DNA of 64,000 nucleotides from Gammaproteobacteria bacterium (GTDB taxonomy: Bacteria > Pseudomonadota > Gammaproteobacteria > JABDGN01): the NCBI GenBank assembly GCA_013285995.1, contig JABDGN010000003.1, positions 5,317 to 69,316 of the forward strand, read 5' to 3'. Positions within the stretch are counted from its first letter, which is position 1, and each line of letters starts with the position of its first letter. Below the pieces are notes generated by a model. The model searched no databases. It had not been told where the DNA came from and saw nothing but the letters and a program-made list of their open reading frames with translations. Of this stretch, positions 1 through 8,800 are shown in pieces. The position numbers and the translations under genes are program-made.

Positions 1-216
1 AGAAAAAATCCGATCCCACCGTCTTTGTAAAAAAATGTGTAAAAAAGCTTGCAATGTTTTAAAAATGGTATAGACTTTAGATTGTCGCTGTAGGGGGCTC
101 TCGGAATGGGCACAATTGGAAGGATCCAAACCCGACAGCGATATTTTTTTGCCTGTTGTTTTATGCTTGCGTTGCCACTTTCTTTTCGGAATAACTATAC
201 GCCGCAAGTGCCACGA

Positions 217-450
217 TTATTCTCTCGTTTTATCAGATTGATTATCCATCTCCTGTTTATCATCGGTCACATTTTCATTAGCAGCGGTTTGCGCCTGAAT
301 TTTTTCATAAATTTCTTCACGATGTACCGACAAATCTTTTGGCGCATTAATTCCAATTCGTGTTTGGTTACCCTTAACCCCTAATACTGTTACTGTAATA
401 TCTTGCCCAATTACAATGGTTTCTCCAACACGTCGAGTTAATATTAACAT
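217..450 (-). CDS. csrA: carbon storage regulator CsrA
   Basis: 77-aa [51 protein letters not shown], the canonical CsrA/RsmA sequence. Confidence 0.95.
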   Translation of the reverse strand: MLILTRRVGETIVIGQDITVTVLGVKGNQTRIGINAPKDLSVHREEIYEKIQAQTAANENVTDDKQEMDNQSDKTRE

Positions 451-523
451 TTGCTTATCTCCAATAATTTATTTTCACTGTCTTTGCGTAAGCAAAAACT
501 TAATGATCCAATTAATCCACTAT

Positions 524-548
524 GTAGGGGCGGCTCGTAAGCCGCCCG
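524..548. repeat. family A GC-rich palindromic element (gtaggggcggctcgtaagccgcccg), REP-like
   Basis: Near-perfect palindrome with a GTAGG head. Six copies in the window (15125, 17003, 38990, 47687, 53266). Confidence 0.8.
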
Positions 549-552
549 TTTA

Positions 553-603
553 CATCCCCCTTTAAAAAAGGATCCCCCTTTGGTAAAGGGGGCAGGGGGA
601 TTT
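553..603. repeat. family D C5/G5 hairpin element (ccccctttaaaaaaggatccccctttggtaaagggggcaggggga)
   Basis: Same ...aaagggggcaggggga(tt) terminus as copies at 16261, 43633 and 49745. Abuts the stop codon of the 602..961 gene. Confidence 0.75.
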
Positions 604-961
604 ATTTTTCTTCAGCCATCATTCTTGCCGCCACGACAGTAGATTCATGTATCGCCAATAACGTCGCACCCGCATGAAAAGTCAAAAATCGCAAATCGTT
701 TTCTAAAATCAATGCGACTCCCTTGGCGTGAATCCCAATTTGTTTGGCAATCATGCTGATAGTGAATTGCCCCGTCGCTAAAATCTCGCCTAAAGTTATT
801 AACCAATTGACTTTGCCGTTCAGCAATTCATCACCGAGCCAGCATTGTGGGGTACTGCCGGGTTTGAATTCGGGGTGAACGGTTGAAGGTTTTGCGTCTG
901 CTTCGTAAACAATAGTCATTGAATTAATCACATCTATATTTTCAATTTCTGTAGTCATCAT
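602..961 (-). CDS. hypothetical protein (no confident family assignment)
   Basis: ORF 602..1000. An internal ATG at 961 is preceded by GGGAGA, so start placed there. Weak, unconvincing resemblance to the CinA C-terminal domain. Confidence 0.55.
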   Translation of the reverse strand: MMTTEIENIDVINSMTIVYEADAKPSTVHPEFKPGSTPQCWLGDELLNGKVNWLITLGEILATGQFTISMIAKQIGIHAKGVALILENDLRFLTFHAGATLLAIHESTVVAARMMAEEK

Positions 962-1188
962 TATTTCTCCCATTTTGTTTGGCGAGTTAAACACATACAA
1001 ATGTTTACTCTTGCTCTGGTTACCTTTTAGTTACACGTGTGTATGAGCACTTTGACACGGCATATATTTCTTCCTTGCTGGCAAGTAAAACATTGACATC
1101 CTTGAAATACCAGCTGATAATAATCAGTACTATTTATAATTTAAAATTATAGCAATAATTTTATGTGTTAATTTTGAACAGGTGGATT

Positions 1189-2544
1189 ATGTTTACTCAG
1201 AATAACGAAGGAAAAGGTCTGGTAAAAGTTTATTGGGCTGATGTACGTGATCATGTTGCAAAAATAGAACCAAATTTTGCGAGATTAGTTGATACTTTAA
1301 ATCCTGATAAAACTTTTCCATTATATTTAGCTTATTATCCTTATGGGGCTTTAAAAGGTGATACAGAAAGTACTTTGTTACCTACTGTAGATGGGGGGTA
1401 TTATCGTGTTTCAGATCCAGATGCACCCAAAGATGTGGCTAAACATTTAGGATATAGCAAAGACTATGCTCCCCTGGCAATGTTACTTGATAAAAATTTT
1501 GAGCTATTTATGGATTTGAAAGCTGAAAAAATTAGCATTCCATGGATAATTTATTCGCCTGGCAGAATTTTCCCCTTTAACAGAATATTAAACCGAAAAA
1601 AACAACGTATCTATGCTCCTAACGGTGTTTTGACTATGACATCTGGTTCACGTTCTGTTTTTATGTTACCTAATATTGGCTGTTTTACAAATCATGTGAA
1701 TTTACAAGGTGATTTCAATGTAAAACTTCCACCGGCAAAATCTTTATATGAGCACTGGGCCATTTTTAAAGCTATTCTGGATAGTAACGTTATTCCTTGT
1801 GATTGGCGCTCTTGTATTATGTATTTTTCAGAAAAATGGCTTAGTAAGTTGCATGAAGATAAAGCGTGGGTGCCACTAAAATTATATTTACATGAGCTGG
1901 CTTGGGAATATTCAGAATATGATCGGAACAGAATATATTATGAAACAATTTTCTCGATGATACAAAAACAACGCAACTTGAAACCTAACCCTTATTTAGC
2001 AGATACTGCTCGCCACCTCTTTACTTCAGCTCTAGGCATTACGCCGGCTTATGCTCCGGTCTGCGATGAAAATGCTTTACCTTTTGAGATTTTGCAAAGA
2101 GCATTTGTTGAATCGTATGGGTTAAAGAAATATTTTCCCACGATTATGCAGCCTACACATTTTTATTTTGAAGAAGATAAACACCCTGTCTACTACTCTT
2201 TACAAAATCCTTCAACATATGTTTTTTCACCTAAATCCAGGCAAGTTTCCAGTACCTTATTTGAAATGCGAGAATTAGCAAATATCATTAAAGTATTTTC
2301 TGAAGAATTATCGAAAAGCAGCTCACCTTGCGCTGATACCGTTATGCGCCAAATAGCACATGACGTACAATTTAAATATTTTCATAATAAACCTGACAGA
2401 CATCATACTGTGAGACTTTCGGGTGAGATTGCTACATTGGATAAACGATTTGGTATGATTAACGCAAAATATAAGTTGCCAGATGCTGAATTTGCAGGAG
2501 ATGCACCTTTTGTACGGGGTTGTATTAGCATAGGTTCAAGTTAA
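1189..2544 (+). CDS. hypothetical protein, ~450 aa, no recognisable motifs
   Basis: Long ORF from 1165. ATG at 1189 is preceded by AGGTGGA. Its 3' end overlaps the convergent MFS gene by 9 nt. Confidence 0.7.
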   Translation: MFTQNNEGKGLVKVYWADVRDHVAKIEPNFARLVDTLNPDKTFPLYLAYYPYGALKGDTESTLLPTVDGGYYRVSDPDAPKDVAKHLGYSKDYAPLAMLLDKNFELFMDLKAEKISIPWIIYSPGRIFPFNRILNRKKQRIYAPNGVLTMTSGSRSVFMLPNIGCFTNHVNLQGDFNVKLPPAKSLYEHWAIFKAILDSNVIPCDWRSCIMYFSEKWLSKLHEDKAWVPLKLYLHELAWEYSEYDRNRIYYETIFSMIQKQRNLKPNPYLADTARHLFTSALGITPAYAPVCDENALPFEILQRAFVESYGLKKYFPTIMQPTHFYFEEDKHPVYYSLQNPSTYVFSPKSRQVSSTLFEMRELANIIKVFSEELSKSSSPCADTVMRQIAHDVQFKYFHNKPDRHHTVRLSGEIATLDKRFGMINAKYKLPDAEFAGDAPFVRGCISIGSS

Positions 2545-3756
2545 TCTTTTATAGTAATAACAACCTACAAAACATACCAGTCCGAGAAACCCACTGACAG
2601 TCCATACCATATCGCCTCCTAAATGGTGGTAAATAAATCCACCTAAAGCAGGACCGCTCACCATCCCTAAGGCATAAATGGCTTGAAAAAGCCCTAAATT
2701 ATAACTTTGATCTTCTTCTCGGCTATATTGATAAACTAATAATTGTGCCATTGCAAAAAAACACATCTCACCTAAGGTATAAACAACACACGCAATAATA
2801 GCAAGACTAAATATAACGGAGAAAGTTAACATCAGCATACCCAGCCCCATTAATAAAGCCCCTATTCCAACGATGAGTATTTTATTAAAACGGAGTAAGT
2901 GGCTTGCTAAAAACGTTTGGAATAAGACGATAATCAAAGGATTTATAGTAAATAATAGCCCAATTCCTTTAGTACCTAATTCGGGAAAGAGATCGTGAAC
3001 ATACACTAAATAAGTGGTGCTGCGCTGAGAAATAATAATACCTACCAGAAACAAACAGAATAAAACCAGCCAAATTATTTTTATATTTTTTAATTGAGAT
3101 TTATTTTTATTTTGATAGTTAACTGCAGTATGCTCTATTGATGACAAAAACTGTATGGGGGTTTTCAGATGAAAAATAAAATAAATCAGAGATAGAAATA
3201 ACAATATACCTGCCAAGTAAAATACATCTTCAAAACCTCGCGCACCTAAAAAACTCACTATTACGCCAGCAAGTCCAATACCTAGATTGGCAGTAGCATA
3301 TAATACGTTAATGGTCTTAAATTTTTCGGCTTCATGACTTTTACAAGAAGTAAGCACCCAAATATAATTGGCTGTTTTAAAGCCATAAGTTGTCACACCT
3401 AAGATAAATAAATCAACAAATAAAAAATTAACAGTATGAAATCGTGCGAGAGCAAAAAATGCTAGAGTCTTGCATAAGAGTGAAATAATGGCAATGGCAT
3501 TGGAAGGAATATGCTGAGAAAGTTTACCACTGACATAACCTCCAATAACTGTCCCTATGCCATACACTGAAATCATCAGTCCTGCCAGGGCAATATTAAG
3601 ATGTAATGTTTTTACAAAATAGAAGGATAAGAAAAAAACCACGCCAGCAGAAATATTATTAATAAAACTAACCGCTATTCTTTGCCAAAAAGCAATTGGT
3701 AACCCATGATAACTTTGAAAATATGTTTTTATACCTGTTTGCAAATAACTTAGCAT
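2536..3756 (-). CDS. MFS-type transporter (putative exporter)
   Basis: 406 aa with about 12 hydrophobic helices and the two-halves architecture typical of major facilitator proteins. Directly downstream of the methylase gene. Confidence 0.75.
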   Translation of the reverse strand: MLSYLQTGIKTYFQSYHGLPIAFWQRIAVSFINNISAGVVFFLSFYFVKTLHLNIALAGLMISVYGIGTVIGGYVSGKLSQHIPSNAIAIISLLCKTLAFFALARFHTVNFLFVDLFILGVTTYGFKTANYIWVLTSCKSHEAEKFKTINVLYATANLGIGLAGVIVSFLGARGFEDVFYLAGILLFLSLIYFIFHLKTPIQFLSSIEHTAVNYQNKNKSQLKNIKIIWLVLFCLFLVGIIISQRSTTYLVYVHDLFPELGTKGIGLLFTINPLIIVLFQTFLASHLLRFNKILIVGIGALLMGLGMLMLTFSVIFSLAIIACVVYTLGEMCFFAMAQLLVYQYSREEDQSYNLGLFQAIYALGMVSGPALGGFIYHHLGGDMVWTVSGFLGLVCFVGCYYYKRLT

Positions 3757-3785
3757 GCTTACAACCTGTAATATAAACTCTCAAT

Positions 3786-4586
3786 TTACTTATTGAGTGG
3801 AATTTCAATACCAAGGGTTTTTAACATGCCCTTCTTGATTTGCGATCTCTTAGCAGGAGGCACATATAATGTTGCAGTTCGCGAAATAATAGTACTGGGT
3901 AGCTGCTCTAAAGGAAATTTATATATTTTCGCTTCAAAACCTGTATATTGAGCTGCTTCATATAATATCACCTCATGATTTGAAAGATAATATTTATTTA
4001 AATGTTGTACCAAAGCATGCAATGCTTTAGAGTTTTTTTGGTCGATAGTGTGCTCAAGAATGCCGATAATACCTACTTGCCATAATAACAAATGGCTATT
4101 GGGATCCCACTTTCTGCCATATACAAGAAAATCCGTTGCTTCAAATGATTGACATCCGCAGGAGCCAGGATTAATTAATAGATCGGCAAATAAACAATCT
4201 TCTGCGGAAATACCAGGTAAAGCTCTTGCATCATAACCTACTTTTCTTGCTTGAATTACGGCATTCAAACCTGGTTCAGCGAAAACAGTAGGATGTCCAT
4301 ACAAAACCACACAGACATTTTGCTGTTTATATAAAGTTTCTAAAATATAATCTGTAATGGCTTTATAGCAGTCACTGCGTAATGGATATTTGATATAAAG
4401 TGGGTCTAAAGATTCAGCAGTGGAATTCGTTTTCTGAACCCACTGCTGCATAGCAGGTTCATTAAGTAAATATAAAACTTTATCTGCACGCTCGATATAA
4501 AGTTTTGCTTCAGTGGTAAGATGAGATAAAAATTTGATGCCTGAACCCACAAGAACCAAAGAGCCAGGGATTTTTTTATTCTGCAT
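3786..4586 (-). CDS. tetrapyrrole (corrin/porphyrin) methylase-fold SAM-dependent methyltransferase
   Basis: N-terminal GSLVLVGSGI glycine-rich motif and a YGHPTVFAEPG (GDP-like) motif, as in the TP_methylase/diphthine-synthase/RsmI fold. 266 aa. Confidence 0.65.
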   Translation of the reverse strand: MQNKKIPGSLVLVGSGIKFLSHLTTEAKLYIERADKVLYLLNEPAMQQWVQKTNSTAESLDPLYIKYPLRSDCYKAITDYILETLYKQQNVCVVLYGHPTVFAEPGLNAVIQARKVGYDARALPGISAEDCLFADLLINPGSCGCQSFEATDFLVYGRKWDPNSHLLLWQVGIIGILEHTIDQKNSKALHALVQHLNKYYLSNHEVILYEAAQYTGFEAKIYKFPLEQLPSTIISRTATLYVPPAKRSQIKKGMLKTLGIEIPLNK

Positions 4587-4648
4587 AGTGTATTCTGTTC
4601 ATAAAAAATTAAAGGGAAGAATACAGCAACTATATTTTAAATATCAAA

Positions 4649-4837
4649 CTAGAATCGGCACGAGGCTTGTTCATTAGCAAAATATGCTTGATGAGGGAAC
4701 ATTTTTTTTAGTAAATTAGGCTCATTTTTTGAAAAGGCTTCTTTTATTTCTTGTGGTTGATTGTTAATGAGAGTATTTAATTTCGGATCGAAGGTAGGCA
4801 TGTTCACAAGTTGTTCAAGCAAGGTAAGTATGTTCAT
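4649..4837 (-). CDS. small 62-aa peptide, paralog of the 4924..5121 product; candidate modified-peptide precursor
   Basis: MNILTLLEQLVNMPTFDPKLNTLINNQPQEIKEAFSKNEPNLLKKMFPHQAYFANEQASCRF is conserved with its neighbour over about 55 residues and diverges in the last 6-9 residues. Confidence 0.5.
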   Translation of the reverse strand: MNILTLLEQLVNMPTFDPKLNTLINNQPQEIKEAFSKNEPNLLKKMFPHQAYFANEQASCRF

Positions 4838-4923
4838 ATGATTTTCCCAGTGTTTGCCATAACCCAGAGCGGGAAAGGCTTTTATCTTTTCTCATTTAAT
4901 GTGAATCAGAACCATTGTAACTT

Positions 4924-5121
4924 TTATATTCTATCACTTAAAAACACAGCATGCTCATTAGCAAAATATTCTTGCTGAGAAATTGCTCGTTTTAATAGGC
5001 TGTGGTCATTCACTAAAAAAGCGTTCGTTATTTCTTTCTTTTGTTGATTAATTAAAACTTGAGTCACAGGCTCAAAATGGCAACAAGCTGCAAGTTGTTC
5101 AAGAAAATTCAGAACCGCCAT
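4924..5121 (-). CDS. small 65-aa peptide, paralog of 4649..4837; candidate modified-peptide precursor
   Basis: MAVLNFLEQLAACCHFEPVTQVLINQQKKEITNAFLVNDHSLLKRAISQQEYFANEHAVFLSDRI. GGGGA lies upstream. First gene of a minus-strand operon. Confidence 0.5.
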   Translation of the reverse strand: MAVLNFLEQLAACCHFEPVTQVLINQQKKEITNAFLVNDHSLLKRAISQQEYFANEHAVFLSDRI

Positions 5122-5208
5122 TATTTTATCCCCGATTTTTTAAATATGCCAGATATTATAGTACGAAAAATTATAGGAAAACTATTTTTTATAATATATA
5201 TTGCTTAA

Positions 5209-5721
5209 TTAATAAACAGATAGCATAGAACACACTGGATGTTGCTTAATTAAATGACCCCCATGTCTAGACCACTGTTTAATCTTCTCAAGCAGGCGGG
5301 CATTCTCTTGTGCCCGGCGGCTGAGTTTTCCTCTGCAATAGCGATAATACCCACTACACGATACCTTCAATACACGCGCCATCTCCACAACCCGCCATGC
5401 TTTCACATGTGAACGCATAAACTCATATTTTTCCTTTACGGTGATGAGAAGATGGCTAGCGCTTTTTTTAATATATCGCGCTCGCGTCGTAATACTTCAT
5501 TTTCCCGTTCTAATTTACGTACCCGTTCATCTTCTACTTTCGGGTGACCACTGCCCGGAAAAGCCCCTTTGCCCCCCATTTTTTTAAGCCCTCACCCAGC
5601 ATTGCAAGGTCGATAGACCAATTCCCAGGTCATGGCTGGCCTGACTCACCGATAATTTTTGCTCTCTTACTAACTTTACAGCATTTAATTTAAATTCTTT
5701 ATCATATTTTCTTTTTGGCAT
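5209..5721 (-). mobile_element. IS3-family insertion sequence remnant (frameshifted orfA plus truncated orfB)
   Basis: Minus-strand orfA MPKRKYDKEFKLNAVKLVREQKLSVSQASHDLGI... is preceded by GAGGAG but broken by stops. orfB N-terminal fragment is MRSHVKAWRVVEMARVLKVSCSGYYRYCRGKLSRRAQENARLLEKIKQ (HTH_21-like). The element is only about 0.5 kb. Confidence 0.7.
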
Positions 5722-5825
5722 ATTCCACTCCTCAGCGGTATTTTACCCCTGTTTGGAGTGTCTATTAAATTGTAGCAAGATCAAATCGCTTCTACTTTGC
5801 CATCCAACAAACTCACAATAATTTT

Positions 5826-8800
5826 TCACGACGTGGTAGAAAGCAAGCTTTGGCAGTAGATGGAGGCGAAGGGCCACCAAAAGGCGAGCACGGGGGCGGT
5901 GGCGTTATCGCCGATGGCGGTGATGTTGGTGCCTTTGGTATTGTCCAGTTTGGTATTAACCATCCCCTTGAAGTTAAACAGTGCATTGGGATTATTTTGC
6001 TGAGGCCCTAAAATGCCGATATGAGTGTATACAGTATCCATATTGATGCAACCGATTAAGCCATTGGCAGTAAAATTATTGACATACGCATTTAAAAAAG
6101 CGCACCAGTTGCCGGGAGCTAAAGCGCGGTTATTGGGTGGTAAAGCTATGCCACCTAAATTAGGTGCCGAAATATTCGAAGGACAAATCGCGCCGAGGGA
6201 ACCTGTCGACCGGGTGCCGCCGCTGGTGCGGATAGTGCGACTGCTGCTAGCACTATCGCTGCTGCCGACCGTGGCCCAGCCAGCAGCTGCGCTGGTGAGC
6301 TCATTGAACGCGCTGGTGGCGTAGGCATAAGCGCTGCTGGTCGCTTGCATGGCGCTGGTGGCGGCATGGTAGGCTGAGCTTTGGAGGCTGCCGAGGGAGC
6401 TGGCGATTTGTTGCACCACAGTGGTGCCGCCACCTATTGGCTGCGTACTGGCCGCGGGGAGGGGGGCTGTACTTACCGGCACCACCGGCCCACTGGTCGG
6501 CGCCGCGCCGGCGGTGGCGCTGCCAAACAAGGTGCTGACTACACCCATAACCGCTTGATACGCCGTGCTCCCTGCAGCTTGTGCCGTTGTAATCGCCTGT
6601 TGCACCAGGCCCACATCGCCGCTGCTCAGTGCTGTGGTGGTCGCCTGAATAGATTGAGCGCTGTCAGAGGCCGATTGTCCGCTCAAAGAAAAAGACGTTT
6701 GCACTTCGTTAAGTTTGGTATTTAAAGTGCTGACGGCCGACACTTGCGCTGGCATTGTCCCTAAAGTGCTGCCGGCGGCCCGGATTGCGGCGGTGGTCCC
6801 GGCCCCGGTGCTGTCAACTGCTATATTATTGCTGGAGCCAAATTCCAACACGCCAGCCGCAATGGCCGTGCTTTGTTGGCCGAGGCTGCTCATAACAGCG
6901 CCCAAACTGCTGCCGAGTGCCGCGACCTGAGTGCTGCCAGCCCCCACTTGCTCGCTGGTTACTTGCGCATTGTTTAAACCTTGCTCTGCTGTACTGCCTG
7001 CTGCGTAATTACCGCTGCTTAATTCCATTTTTACGGTTGTTACCGCGGTGTCGGCTGACTTCCCGGTACTGACAGCGTTGCCGGTAATCGTACTGGAAGC
7101 CAGTCCGGTGGCCATGGCTGAGCTTGCCACGGCCAGGCCAGTTGCCGCCGTACTTTGAATGGCCGCCGTGGCGACGGCTTTTTGCGTGGAATTTAACACA
7201 CCGGTACCTTGAGTAGCCCCGCTGGAGCGTGCCAGGTGTTCACTTAAAACCGGCAACGTCGACACGGCGGATTGGATCGGCATTATGGATTGCGTTGTTG
7301 AGCTGATGAGCGCAGCAGTTGAGTCGCCCTTGCTTGAACCAGTGGCGGCCACGCCACCAGCCGAACTTTGTTGCGCAAGATTGACTCCGCTGCTTGCCGC
7401 GCCTATAGCGCTTTGTGATGATTGCAGCAACGCCTGGCTAGTAGAAAATACATTATTAGCGGCCGTCGATTGACGCGGACCCAAACCGCCGGTGGTGCCA
7501 CTACCACCGGTGCTTACACTCATGCGGGCGAGTTGCAAGCTGGTGCCGGCGTTGTTAATCATTGCGCCGGTGCTTTGGATCGCATTTTGCACCATTTCTG
7601 TCGAAACCACGCCGGGGCCAGTGCTTCCGACAGGTCCCGAGCTGCCTGCGGCCGGAGCACCGGCAGCGTCACTTGAAACTGCAGCGGGGCCAGTGCTTCC
7701 GGCAGGTCCCGAGCTGCCTGCGGCCGGAACGCCGACAGCGTCACTTGAAACTGCAGCGGGGCCAGTGCTTCCGGCAGGTCCCAAGTTGCCCACGGCCGAC
7801 GATCCAACCTCACTGCTGCCTGCACCACTCGTTCCGCTGCTTGCTGCCAGAGCGAAGCTGATACTCGCGGAGCTGGCAGCAAGCCAGGCGCTGCCGGTCG
7901 CTGCCGCTGTTTGCACCGCGACGATTTGTTGCGTGCTACCGCTTGGTTGCAGAGCCAGTGATGAAGCGTAAGATCGAAAACCCGTGACCAGGGCCGTCCA
8001 GGTAAGGGGTTGCAGCGTTGAAATCGGAACGCCCGAACTTCCCGAACTCCCCGGACTAACAACTCCTTCGGAACTTCCCAAACTGCCCGCGCTCGAGGCA
8101 ACCTGACTGGCGACAGTTGCGCTGGCCCCGGTAGAAACATCGGCCAGGCTAAGTGCGGTGTTAGTACTAGCCACAAAACGATTAGCTTGTGATGTGCGTT
8201 GTAAAGTGGCAAGTCCCGTCACCAACTGTTCGGTACTTAAATTAGGCGTGCCACGGCCGCTCGTGCTTCCCGAGCGCGCTAACACGAGTCCGCTGCTGCC
8301 CGTGGGTGGCGCGCCGGTATTTCCCGTGCGCACTAACACGGGTCCGCTGCTGTCGAATACTCCCGTGCTGTAGCTTGCGACGTGGGCTGCCAAAGCGCTG
8401 CTACTGCCAGCGGCAACTTGAATCGCCCGACTGCTTTGCGCTGCACCGGCACTGGTTGCCAAGGCACTGCTTAAGGCGGCAGCGGGCAGATTGCCGGTGC
8501 TGGCACTTTTTCCGGTACTTGATAAGATATTAGTTATAACAGACTGAGTTGAAACACTATTTTGTTCAATATTTTGCGCGGTACTGGCAATCATTTCGCT
8601 GCTGACTTGATTAGCTGTTGCGGCTGTGCTCACGGCTCCTGCCACGCCTGCCGCGCTGGACGCAGTATTTGCAATGGTAGTCGCATCATAAGGATTTTGG
8701 GCGAACGAGCTGCTGAGCGCATCGACTCCGGCGCTACTGGCAGAGCTGGCCTGGCTCGCTGCGCTGCTTGCTTCATGAGCGAAAGTAGAACCCCCCACGC

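Noticed and set aside
106-384. 92-aa plus-strand ORF and a sigma70-like TTGCAA-N17-TATAGA promoter at about 48-80
   Set aside because: The ORF is antisense to and overlaps csrA, has odd hydrophobic low-complexity sequence and no SD. The promoter-like hexamers are common by chance in AT-rich DNA.
602-1000. Assignment of the 602..961 product as CinA/PncC C-terminal domain
   Set aside because: Only vague similarity by eye. The diagnostic CinA motifs (ESCTGG, GAVSxE) are not present.
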